Shown here: positions 53,836 to 62,749 of the stretch, one piece after another
How the letters are laid out: each line of letters opens with the position of its first letter
Position numbering within the stretch: position 1 is the stretch's first letter
The notes under the pieces: generated by a model
What the model was told of the DNA's origin: nothing
Database searches by the model: none
The model's input: only the letters and a program-made list of their open reading frames with translations
Source of the DNA: an uncultured Pseudomonadota bacterium
GTDB lineage: Bacteria; Pseudomonadota; Gammaproteobacteria; Burkholderiales; CAIKXV01
Direction: 5' to 3'
Assembly (NCBI GenBank): GCA_903831455.1
Contig: CAIKXV010000168.1
Location: 5,116 to 69,115 of the forward strand
DNA length: 64,000 bases
Translations under genes and position numbers: made by a program

Positions 53836-55557
53836 TCAGGCGTTGAGCCGCTCGACCAGTCGACGGATCTGCTCGGGATCGCGCGCGCGAAGCACCCGCC
53901 GCACGATCGGGGTGATCGACGCCAGCTCGCTCTTGAGGATGCGCTGCTTGACCTCGAGCAGGAAGGCCGGGTGCATCGACAACTGGCGCAGCCCCAGGCC
54001 GAGCAGCAGCCGCGTCAGGTCGACATCCCCGGCCATCTCGCCGCACAGGGCGACCGGCACGCGCGCGCGGTTCGCGCGGGCGACGACATCGGCGATCAGG
54101 CTCAACACGGCCGGATGCAGCGGGTCGTACAGGTGCGCGACGGCGTCGTCGGTACGATCGATCGCGAGCGTGTACTGGATCAGGTCGTTGGTTCCGATCG
54201 ACAGGAAATCCAGCTCGCGCAGGAACATGTCGAGCGCGATGGCGGTCGCCGGCACCTCGACCATGCCGCCGATGGGAACCTCGGGCACGGTGACGCCTTC
54301 CTCGACCAGGCTGCGGCGCGCGCGTGCGATCGCCTCGAGGGTCTGCGACAGCTCATGCCGCGTCGAGAGCATCGGCACGAGGATGTTGAGCTGGCCGCAA
54401 CTCGCCGCACGCAGCAGCGCGCGCAACTGGGTATGGAACAGCGGTGGATCGGCGAGGCAGTAGCGGATCGCCCGCAGGCCGAGCGCGGGATTCGCGCTGC
54501 TGCGCCCCTGCCCGCGCAGGGTCTTGTCGGCTCCGACGTCGAGCGTGCGGATGGTCACCGGCAATCCATCCATCGCCTGGATCGCGGCGCGATACGCCTC
54601 GAACTGCTCGTCTTCCCCGGGCAGTTCGTCGCGGTTCATGAACAGGAACTCGGTGCGGAACAGGCCGACGCCGCGCCCGCCGTTCTCGCGCACTTCCGCG
54701 ATGTCTTCCGGTCCTTCGATGTTCGCGAGCAGGGCTACGTCGACGGAGTCCAGCGTGGCGGCCGGGGTGGTGGCGAGGCGCTGCAGTTTCGCGCGCTCGA
54801 TGCCCATCGCCTCCTGGCGCAGCCGGTACTCGGCGAGCACGGCAGGATCGGGGTTGACGATCACCACGCCCAGCCGGCCGTCGATGATCAGCTGGTCGTT
54901 CTCCCGGATGAGTTCGCGTGCCCGGTGCAGGGCGACGATGGCCGGGATGTTCAGGCTGCGGGCGACGATGGCCGTGTGCGAGGTGGAACTGCCCAGGTCG
55001 GTGAGGAAGCCCGCGAAGGGATGCTGGCGGAACTGCACCATGTCGGCCGGCGACAGGTCGTGCGCGACCAGGATGGGTCGCAGGGCCGCGGGCAGCATCG
55101 GCGGCACGTAGCCCGGTCGGCCCAGCAGCGCCTTCATCACCCGCTCGACCACCTGCAGCACGTCGCCCTTGCGCTCGCGGAGGTAGGGGTCGTCGATCGC
55201 GTCGAACTGCTCGAGCAGATGGTCGAGTTGCAGCTTGAGCGCCCACTCCGCATTGCACTGGCGCGCGGCAATCAGGTCCAGCGGCGCGAGCGACAGGGTC
55301 GCGTCGGCGAGGATCATCTGGTGGACGTCGATGAAGGCACCGAACTCGCTGGGCGCCTGCGGCGGGATGCTGCGCCGAAGCTCGGCCAGTTCCTCGCGCA
55401 CCGTGGCGAGCGCGGTCAGGAAGCGTCGCCGTTCGTTGTCGACCTCGCCTGCCGGCACCAGGTACTGGGCGACCTCGAGGGTTTCGTAGGAGACCAGGTG
55501 CGCCGGCCCGATGGCGATGCCGTCGGCGGCACCGATGCCGTGCATGGTGAAGCTCAT
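53836..55557 (-). CDS. ptsI: Phosphoenolpyruvate-protein phosphotransferase (PTS enzyme I)
   Basis: In ORF 53836..55797. MSFTMHGIGAADGIAIGPAHLV start, phospho-His region GSSTSHTAIVARSL, and PEP-utilizer C-terminal motifs (FLSIGTNDLIQYTLA). Confidence 0.93.
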   Translation of the reverse strand: MSFTMHGIGAADGIAIGPAHLVSYETLEVAQYLVPAGEVDNERRRFLTALATVREELAELRRSIPPQAPSEFGAFIDVHQMILADATLSLAPLDLIAARQCNAEWALKLQLDHLLEQFDAIDDPYLRERKGDVLQVVERVMKALLGRPGYVPPMLPAALRPILVAHDLSPADMVQFRQHPFAGFLTDLGSSTSHTAIVARSLNIPAIVALHRARELIRENDQLIIDGRLGVVIVNPDPAVLAEYRLRQEAMGIERAKLQRLATTPAATLDSVDVALLANIEGPEDIAEVRENGGRGVGLFRTEFLFMNRDELPGEDEQFEAYRAAIQAMDGLPVTIRTLDVGADKTLRGQGRSSANPALGLRAIRYCLADPPLFHTQLRALLRAASCGQLNILVPMLSTRHELSQTLEAIARARRSLVEEGVTVPEVPIGGMVEVPATAIALDMFLRELDFLSIGTNDLIQYTLAIDRTDDAVAHLYDPLHPAVLSLIADVVARANRARVPVALCGEMAGDVDLTRLLLGLGLRQLSMHPAFLLEVKQRILKSELASITPIVRRVLRARDPEQIRRLVERLNA

Positions 55558-55625
55558 GCGCAGCGAGCGGGCGGCCGCCTCCTGGGGCGTGGTCGCCCGC
55601 AGCGCAAGGCCCTCGCCGGTGGTGC

Positions 55626-55895
55626 TCACTCGCCTTCGCCGAACCGGTCGGCCACCAGCGCGGCGAGCGCCTCGAGCGCCTGGTCGGCGCCTTCGCCGTC
55701 GGTCTCGATGCCGATGGTGGCCCCGCGCGCGGCGGCGAGCATCATCACGCCCATGATGCTCTTGGCGTTGACGCGGCGGCTGCCTCGCGACAGCCACACC
55801 TCGCAGGGAAAGCTGCCCGCGAGCTGGGTGAGCTTGGCCGAGGCGCGCGCGTGCAGCCCGAGCTTGTTGACGATCTGAACCTCACGCTGCGGCAT
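55626..55895 (-). CDS. ptsH: Phosphocarrier protein HPr
   Basis: 89 aa. VNKLGLHARASAKL with the active-site His, and NAKSIMGVMML. Confidence 0.93.
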   Translation of the reverse strand: MPQREVQIVNKLGLHARASAKLTQLAGSFPCEVWLSRGSRRVNAKSIMGVMMLAAARGATIGIETDGEGADQALEALAALVADRFGEGE

Positions 55896-56307
55896 CGCCG
55901 CCTCCTCCCTGTGTGCCGTCCTCGACCGGGACCCGGGTCACGCCGTCGCGACCACCGCTGATCGCCTTCTCGATGACCTCGGCGAGGCTGCGGTCGCGAT
56001 AGGTGAGCGCGCGGATCAGCATCGGCAGGTTGACCCCCGCCAGAGCCTCGATTCGACCGGGCACGCGCATGCGCGCGACCAGGTTGGCCGGCGTGGCGCC
56101 GTAGATGTCGGTGAGCACCAGCACCCCGCTGCCGTCGTCCAGGTGATGGATCAGGTCCTGGGCCTGCGGCAGCAGCGCATCCGGATCGTCGTGGATGGTG
56201 ATCCCCAGCTGGCGCACCCGCATCGGACGCCGCCCGAGCACGTGGCTCGCGCAGTGGATGAGGCTCTCGCCCAGCGTGCCGTGCGCGACGATCAGCACGC
56301 CGATCAT
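55882..56307 (-). CDS. PTS EIIA component, mannose/fructose family
   Basis: 141 aa. MIGVLIVAHGTLGESL with active-site His context, and VLVLTDIYGATP. Overlaps the ptsH start and the gshB stop. Confidence 0.85.
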   Translation of the reverse strand: MIGVLIVAHGTLGESLIHCASHVLGRRPMRVRQLGITIHDDPDALLPQAQDLIHHLDDGSGVLVLTDIYGATPANLVARMRVPGRIEALAGVNLPMLIRALTYRDRSLAEVIEKAISGGRDGVTRVPVEDGTQGGGGDAAA

Positions 56308-57278
56308 CGGGAGGGCTCCGCCGGGGGTGGGCAGGCGGCGATGCGCTCGAGCGCATCGATCATCAGCACGGCCGGATCGCAGGGTGTCTGCGCGGCGATT
56401 TCCCGCATGCCGGTGGGGCTGGTGACGTTGATCTCGGTGAGGCAGGTGCCGATCACGTCGAGCCCGACCAGCGTGAGCCCCAGGTCGCGCAAGGTGGGAC
56501 CGACCTCGGCGGCGATGGCCCGATCGCGCGCGGTCAGGGGACGCGCCTCGCCACGGCCACCCGCGGCGAGATTGCCACGGGTCTCGCCCGGGCGAGGGAT
56601 GCGTGCGAGCGCGTACGGAACCGGCTCGCCGTCGATCAGCAACACCCGCTTGTCGCCATCCCGGATCTCGGGCAGGTAGCGCTGGGCCATGATCGTGCGC
56701 GCCCCGTGCTGGGTGATGGTCTCGATGATCACGCCGATGTTCGGATCGTCCTCGCGGACCCGGAACACGCTGCTGCCGCCCATGCCGTCGAGCGGCTTGA
56801 AGATCACGTCCTGATGCTCGGCGAGGAATTCGCGCAGCGGATGCTCCAGCGAGGTGACCAGCGTGGGCGGCGCAAGGTGGGGAAAGCGCGCGACCGCGAG
56901 TTTCTCGTTGAAGTCGCGCAGCGACCGTGGACGGTTGACGACCCGCGCACCCTGGCGCTCGGCCAGTTCGAGCAGGTGGGTGGCGTACAGGAATTCGTTG
57001 TCGAAGGGCGGGTCCTTGCGCATCAGCACGAGGTCGTATTCGGACAACGCGCCGATGACGGCGGGGCCTGCCTCGAACCAGGGGCTGCCCGGCTCGCCGT
57101 CGAGGAGGCGGATCTCGGAGGCCGCTCCGATCACGCGCGTGTCGCGGATCATCAGTTCGCGCGCCTCCATCGCGAACAGGCGATGGCCGCGTCGGGCGGC
57201 CACGCGCATCATCGCGTAGGTGGAGTCCTTCCAGGTCTTGAAACTCGCCAGCGGGTCGGCGATCACGAGCAGGTTCAT
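56304..57278 (-). CDS. gshB: Glutathione synthase
   Basis: 324 aa. DSTYAMMRVAARRGH, ATP-grasp region VIFKPLDGMGGSSVFRV, NLAAGGRGE, VGLDVIG..LTEINVTSPT. Confidence 0.94.
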   Translation of the reverse strand: MNLLVIADPLASFKTWKDSTYAMMRVAARRGHRLFAMEARELMIRDTRVIGAASEIRLLDGEPGSPWFEAGPAVIGALSEYDLVLMRKDPPFDNEFLYATHLLELAERQGARVVNRPRSLRDFNEKLAVARFPHLAPPTLVTSLEHPLREFLAEHQDVIFKPLDGMGGSSVFRVREDDPNIGVIIETITQHGARTIMAQRYLPEIRDGDKRVLLIDGEPVPYALARIPRPGETRGNLAAGGRGEARPLTARDRAIAAEVGPTLRDLGLTLVGLDVIGTCLTEINVTSPTGMREIAAQTPCDPAVLMIDALERIAACPPPAEPSR

Positions 57279-57286
57279 GGAGCCAT

Positions 57287-57451
57287 GGTAGCCGCGGACG
57301 CAGGAATTTTCAGCGGCCGTCGGCGTTTCGTCGACCGGTAGCCGCGGACGCAGGAATTTTCAGCGGCCGTCGGCGTTTCGTCGTCGGTAGCCGCGGCTGC
57401 GAGCATGTGCAGCGGCCGTCGGCGCTTCGTCGACCGGTAGCGGTGGCCGCG
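57287..57451. repeat. Tandem direct repeat, ~50-bp unit x 3.3, in the gshA-gshB intergenic region
   Basis: Unit GGTAGCCGCGGACGCAGGAATTTTCAGCGGCCGTCGGCGTTTCGTCGACC at 57287..57336. A near-identical copy lies at 57337..57385, a diverged copy at 57386..57435, and a partial fourth copy follows. Confidence 0.9.
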
Positions 57452-57616
57452 CCGCACCCGATCGGCGCGTGCATGCGGCGGACCTGCGCGCCTCGTGCGC
57501 GCCGCCGCCGGCGCGCACCCCGCGGCCGCCGCCGGCCCTCTCGCGCGGGTCCATGGTGCCGTACCGGCGGGGCGACCAAGCCCCCGCGCTGCAGCATCAC
57601 GCGTTGATGCCCGGGT

Positions 57617-58912
57617 TCAGTCGGGATCCGGTGCGCCGGTGAGTTCCTCGATCTCGCGCGAAGCGGCGAGCAGGGCCAGCCGGGCGATGACGCCGTAGGC
57701 GTAGAACCGGTTGGGCGCTGCATCCGCGCGTGCCCCCGGGTCGGGCGTCGAGCAGGCCGAGGAGAAGGCCAGCGGCACGAAGTTCATCCCGGGGGCGTTG
57801 AGGTTCTGGTCGTCGCCGCGCGACTGGTGCACGCGGTAGAAGCCGCCGACCACGTAGCGATCCATCATGTAGACCACGGGCTCGGCGTTGGCTCCGTCCA
57901 GGCGCTCGTGCGTGTAGACGCCTTCCTGGACGATGACCTCCTGCACCTCGAGGCCTTCCTTGACCACGGCCATCTTCTTGCGCTGGTCGCGGTTGAGCTG
58001 GCGGACCTCCGAGGCATCGCGCACGGTCATGATGCCCATGCCGTAGGTACCGGCATCCGCCTTGACGATCACGAAGGGTTTCGCGTCGATGCCGTGCTCG
58101 CGATAGCGTGCCCCGATGTCGGCGAGCAGCTCGGACACGTAGCCCTCGAGGCACTCCTCGCCCTGCCGCTGGCGGAAGTTGATCTTTCCGCAGTGTTCGA
58201 ACAGCGGGTTGATCCGCCAGGGATCGATGCCGAGCATCGAGGCGAATTCGCGCGCGACGGCATCGTAGTGCGCGAAGTGGCGCGACTTGCGGCGGGTGGT
58301 CCAGCCCGCCTCGACCGGCGGCAGCACGGCCTGCTCGAGGTTGCGCAGGATGTCGGGCACGCCGCCCGACAGGTCGTTGTTGAGCAGCACCATGCACGGA
58401 TCGAAGCCCGCGACGCCCAGCCGGTTACCCGTCCGGACCAGCGGCTCCAGCAGCAATTCGCGTCCGTCGTCCAGCGCAAGCGGGGTGGGCGCCTGGATTT
58501 CGGGGATCAGCGTCCCGATGCGGACGGTGAGTCCCGCCTGGCGCAGCAGCGTGGACAGCGTGGCGACGTTGCGCAGGTAGTACGGATTGCGGGTGTGGCT
58601 CTCCGGCACCAGCAGCAGGCCGCGGGCCTCCGGGCAGATCTTGTCGATCGCCGACTGGATGGCCTGCACGCACAGCGGCGTGAAGTCCGGGTTCAGGTTG
58701 TTGAACCCGCCCGGGAACAGGTTGGTGTCGACCGGGGCGATCTTGAACCCGCTGTTGCGCAGATCGACGGATGCGTAGAACGGGCTGGGATGTTCCTGCC
58801 ACTGCATGCGGAACCAGTGTTCGATCGCCGGCTGTGCATCGAGGATGCGCTGCTCCAGGTCGGGCACCGGACCACTCAGCGCGGTCTGAAGATTGGGGAC
58901 GGTTGTCAGCAT
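57617..58912 (-). CDS. gshA: Glutamate--cysteine ligase (proteobacterial non-E. coli type)
   Basis: In ORF 57617..58975 from MLTTVPNLQT. Matches the beta-proteobacterial gshA family as I recall it (FYASVDLRNSGFKIAPVDTNLFPGGFNNL ... FVIVKADAGTYGMGIM). Lies upstream of gshB. Confidence 0.8.
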   Translation of the reverse strand: MLTTVPNLQTALSGPVPDLEQRILDAQPAIEHWFRMQWQEHPSPFYASVDLRNSGFKIAPVDTNLFPGGFNNLNPDFTPLCVQAIQSAIDKICPEARGLLLVPESHTRNPYYLRNVATLSTLLRQAGLTVRIGTLIPEIQAPTPLALDDGRELLLEPLVRTGNRLGVAGFDPCMVLLNNDLSGGVPDILRNLEQAVLPPVEAGWTTRRKSRHFAHYDAVAREFASMLGIDPWRINPLFEHCGKINFRQRQGEECLEGYVSELLADIGARYREHGIDAKPFVIVKADAGTYGMGIMTVRDASEVRQLNRDQRKKMAVVKEGLEVQEVIVQEGVYTHERLDGANAEPVVYMMDRYVVGGFYRVHQSRGDDQNLNAPGMNFVPLAFSSACSTPDPGARADAAPNRFYAYGVIARLALLAASREIEELTGAPDPD

Positions 58913-59140
58913 GCGTTCGGTTCCTGCGCCAGGGGCCCGCGGGACCCCGGAGGCTCGGGCGGCAGTGTAGCCCAATGCCTGTTACGGCCTTCAAACGGCC
59001 GCGTCGAGGTCTGTACGATGAGCAACTCCCCGCGGGGATTGCGCAGGATCGGACTCTCGGCAGGGATCGCCGCGACCGCGCGTCCGAAAGAGCCGGCGGA
59101 GTATGCCCGATCGCCAGAACAGAAAAAGTGAGCGCATGCT

Positions 59141-59657
59141 ATGGATAAACATTCGGCAGATACCAGTGCATCGGCTCATTCCGGGTTGTCCTTCGGACCT
59201 GCGGACTCCTCGGAGCTGCCGGCCCTGGCGGAGATGATCGGTGCCCTGTTCCGGCTGGAGTCGGACTTCCGGCCCGATGTCGCGGCGCAACTGCGAGGGC
59301 TGGAACGGCTCCTGTCCGCTCCCCCCGCGCAGGCGCGGATCGCGGTGGCGCGCGGTCCGCAGGGGCCGGTGGGGGTCGCGGTGGCGCAATTGCTCGTGTC
59401 GACCAGCGAGGGCGCCCTGTCGGCGTGGATCGAGGATGTCTACGTACTGCCCGGCTGGCGAGGGCGCGGCGTCGGGCGCGCCCCTGGTCGGGCAACTGCT
59501 CGACTGGGCGCAGGCGGCCGGTGCCACTCGAGCCCAACTGCTCGCCGACCGGGGGAACGAGCCGGCGCTGGCGTTCTACCGGCGGCTCGGCTGGGCGTCG
59601 ACGCAACTGCTCCCGCTCCGCCTGGGGCTGGGTCACGGCCCGATCGCGGACAGGTAG
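59141..59657 (+). pseudogene. GNAT-family N-acetyltransferase interrupted by a +1 frameshift near 59481
   Basis: Frame of ORF 59141 gives ...AWIEDVYVLPGWRGRGVGRA. The remainder, (A)LVGQLLDWAQAAGATRAQLLADRGNEPALAFYRRLGWAS, lies in the frame of ORF 59241..59657. The switch is at a CCCC run. Confidence 0.8.
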
Positions 59658-59713
59658 ACTTCGCCTGCGCGCGAGGCCGGTCCGACCGGTCCGCGGAACT
59701 GATGGAGGAGCCC

Positions 59714-60748
59714 ATGATGCGCACACGAACCGGCCGATCGGCGGTCGCACCTTCCCCCCTGCCCGAAGCCCGTGCCTGGTGTCCCGCGCGCTCGGCGCTG
59801 ACGGTGGCGATGGCTGCCGCGGCGATGGTGTCCGGACTGCCCGCGATCGCGTCCGAGTATCCGGTCAAGTCGATCCGCCTGATCATCCCGTTCGCCCCCG
59901 GGGGCAGCAACGACATCGTCGGGCGCATGATGGGCATGCAGTTGCAGGAGCGGCTCGGCCAGGCGGTGGTGATCGACAACCGCGGCGGAGCCGGCGGGGT
60001 GGTGGGCACGGAGATCGTCGCGCGCGCCAGCGGCGACGGCTACACGCTGCTGGTGGTCTCGGTCGCCTTCGCGTTCAACACCGCGCTCTACAAGCTCTCG
60101 TACGACCCGATCAAGGCGTTCACGCCCGTGGGTGCGATCGGCAGCGGGCCCAACGTGCTGGTCGTCAATCCGCAGCTGCCGGTCAACTCCGTCAAGGAAC
60201 TGATCGCCTACGCGCGGGCGAATCCGGGCAAGCTCAACCTGGCCTCGGCTGGCGTGGGTTCGTTCCAGCACCTGTCGGGCGAACTGTTCCAGCGCATGGC
60301 GAAGGTGCAGATGACGCATGTGCCGTTCAAGGGCGGTGGTCCCGCGATGACCGACGTGATTGCCGGACAGTCCCAGGTCACCATCGGTTCGCTGATCCAG
60401 ATGCAGGGACACATCCGCTCCGGGCGGCTGAAGCCGCTGGGCGTCGGCAGCCTCAAGCGCAACCCCACCCTGCCCGACGTCCCCTCGATCAACGAGGCAG
60501 GCCTGCCCGGATACGAGGCCACCAACTGGTGGGGCATCGTGGGACCTGCGGGCCTGACGCCGGCGATCGTCAACCGGCTCAACCGCGAGATGAACGAGTC
60601 GCTCAATTCCGCCGATATCCAGAAGCGGCTGGCGGGCGAAGGCGCGGTACCGACCCCGATGACGCCGGCCGCCTTCGGCAAGCAGATCGTGGCCGAGATC
60701 GCGCGCTGGGGGCAACTGGTGCGCGAGGCGGGCATCAAGGGCGAGTGA
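59714..60748 (+). CDS. Bug-family (TctC-like) substrate-binding protein
   Basis: Distal part of ORF 59141..60748, with GGAGGAG upstream. YPVKSIRLIIPFAPGGSNDIVGRMM...IDNRGGAGG...HVPFKGGGPAMTD. Start at 59702, 59714 or 59717. Confidence 0.87.
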   Translation: MMRTRTGRSAVAPSPLPEARAWCPARSALTVAMAAAAMVSGLPAIASEYPVKSIRLIIPFAPGGSNDIVGRMMGMQLQERLGQAVVIDNRGGAGGVVGTEIVARASGDGYTLLVVSVAFAFNTALYKLSYDPIKAFTPVGAIGSGPNVLVVNPQLPVNSVKELIAYARANPGKLNLASAGVGSFQHLSGELFQRMAKVQMTHVPFKGGGPAMTDVIAGQSQVTIGSLIQMQGHIRSGRLKPLGVGSLKRNPTLPDVPSINEAGLPGYEATNWWGIVGPAGLTPAIVNRLNREMNESLNSADIQKRLAGEGAVPTPMTPAAFGKQIVAEIARWGQLVREAGIKGE

Positions 60749-60780
60749 CGCGCCCGCCGGCGGGCGGCGAAGCCATGAAA

Positions 60781-60804
60781 AAGGGCGCCCCGAGGGGCGC
60801 CCTT
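60781..60804. terminator. Bidirectional intrinsic terminator between convergent Bug and amtB genes
   Basis: AAGGGCGCCCC-GA-GGGGCGCCCTT perfect inverted repeat. Flanked by A5 on one side (T5 on the amtB strand) and TTCTGCTT on the other. Confidence 0.75.
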
Positions 60805-60829
60805 CTGCTTCAGGCAGGACGCGGGGCGA

Positions 60830-62323
60830 TCAGTTGTAGGCCTTCTCGCCGTGGCTGGACACGTCCAGGCCTTCACGCTCCTCGTCCTCGGGCACGCGCA
60901 GGCCGACGATCATGTCGACGATCTTCAGCGCGATGAAGGCCACCACGCCGGAGAGCACGATCGCCACGAGCACGCTCTGGAACTGGATCCAGACCTGCCC
61001 GCCGATGCCGGCGGCCAGAGGCTGCGCGCACTCGTTCTTGATGTAGTCGCAGATGCCCGCGCCGCCCAGGGACGGCGAGGCGAACACGCCGGTGAGCAGC
61101 GCGCCGACGATGCCGCCCACGCCGTGCACGCCGAACACGTCCAGCGCGTCATCCGCACCGAGCATGCGCTTCAGGCCGGTCACGCCCCACAGGCACAGCA
61201 GGCCGGAGACGAAGCCGATCACGATGGCGCCCATCGGGCCGACGAAGCCGCAGGCCGGCGTGATCGCCACCAGGCCGGCCACCGCGCCGGACGCGGCACC
61301 CAGCATGCTGGGCTTGCCCTTGCCGATCCACTCGGCGAAGGTCCATGCCAGCACGGCGGCCGCCGTGGCGATGATCGTGTTGATGAAGGCCAGGCCCGCG
61401 ACGCCGTTGGCCTCGAGGTTGGAGCCGGCGTTGAAGCCGAACCAGCCCACCCACAGCATCGAGGCGCCGACCATGGTCAGCACGAGGCTGTGCGGCGGCA
61501 TCGGCTCGCGACCGTAGCCCACGCGCTTGCCCACCACGTAGGCCGCCACCAGGCCGGCGATGCCGGCGTTGATGTGCACCACGGTGCCACCGGCGAAGTC
61601 GAGCGCACCCTTGGCCCAGAGCCAGCCGGCAGCGGCGGCCACCGCGTCGGCCGAGGCCTGGTCGGTGATCGCGTCCGGGCCGTCCCAGTACCACACCATG
61701 TGCGCCATCGGCAGGTAGGCGAACGTGAACCAGATCGCCAGGAACAGCAGCACCGCCGAGAACTTCATGCGCTCGGCGAACGCGCCGACGATCAGCGAGC
61801 AGGTGATGGCCGCGAAGGTGAGCTGGAAGGCGACGAACAGGTACTCGGGGATGTAGGTGTCCTTGCTGAAGGTGGCCGCGCCGGTGGCATCGGTCACGCC
61901 TGCGAGGAACATCTTGTCCAGGCCGCCGAGGAACGCTCCGCCTCCGGTGAAGGCCAGCGAGTAGCCGTACACCACCCAGAGGATCGCGATCAGCGAGAAG
62001 GCGACGAAGACCTGCATCAGGACCGACAGCATGTTCTTCTGCCGGACCAGGCCGCCGTAGAACAAGGCAAGGCCGGGGATCGTCATGAAGATCACCAGCA
62101 CGATTGCGACGTACATGAACGCGGTGTCGCCCTTGTTGATGTTCGGCGGCTTCGGAGCCTCCGGTGCAGCCGGAGCCGCGGCGGCGGCCGGCGCGGCCTT
62201 GGCCTCTTCCGCCTTGGCCTCGGCCTTGGCGGGCTCGGGCGCCGCGGGCGCCGGCTGGGCGTGCACTCCCGCGCCGAAGGCGAAGGAGGCGGCCGCCAGC
62301 AATGTGAGGAGCAGCTTCTTCAT
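60830..62323 (-). CDS. amtB: Ammonium transporter AmtB with long N-terminal low-complexity linker
   Basis: 497 aa. Signal peptide, ~45-aa Ala/Pro/Lys/Glu-rich segment, then a canonical Amt core (DFAGGTVVHINAG..., FGVHGVGGIVGALLTG). Confidence 0.93.
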   Translation of the reverse strand: MKKLLLTLLAAASFAFGAGVHAQPAPAAPEPAKAEAKAEEAKAAPAAAAAPAAPEAPKPPNINKGDTAFMYVAIVLVIFMTIPGLALFYGGLVRQKNMLSVLMQVFVAFSLIAILWVVYGYSLAFTGGGAFLGGLDKMFLAGVTDATGAATFSKDTYIPEYLFVAFQLTFAAITCSLIVGAFAERMKFSAVLLFLAIWFTFAYLPMAHMVWYWDGPDAITDQASADAVAAAAGWLWAKGALDFAGGTVVHINAGIAGLVAAYVVGKRVGYGREPMPPHSLVLTMVGASMLWVGWFGFNAGSNLEANGVAGLAFINTIIATAAAVLAWTFAEWIGKGKPSMLGAASGAVAGLVAITPACGFVGPMGAIVIGFVSGLLCLWGVTGLKRMLGADDALDVFGVHGVGGIVGALLTGVFASPSLGGAGICDYIKNECAQPLAAGIGGQVWIQFQSVLVAIVLSGVVAFIALKIVDMIVGLRVPEDEEREGLDVSSHGEKAYN

Positions 62324-62347
62324 GCGATCTCCCTTCCTGTCGGTGCG

Positions 62348-62743
<396 letters not shown>

Positions 62744-62749
62744 TCATGG

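Noticed and set aside
57287-57451. The tandem repeat as a possible CRISPR array
   Set aside because: The repeat units are directly adjacent with no unique spacers. There are only about 3 copies, and no cas genes or leader are present.
57275-57723. Small ORFs inside the gshA-gshB spacer (57275..57457, 57310..57723, 57360..57554) encoding repeated STKRRRPL-type peptides
   Set aside because: Their repetitiveness simply mirrors the 50-bp DNA tandem repeat. Composition is Arg-rich with no RBS, so they are not credible proteins.
59141-60748. 535-aa ORF suggesting a GNAT-Bug fusion protein
   Set aside because: The middle third is out-of-frame read-through created by the GNAT frameshift, which leaves the frame open across the spacer. 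The Bug gene has its own RBS (GGAGGAG) and signal peptide starting about 59714.
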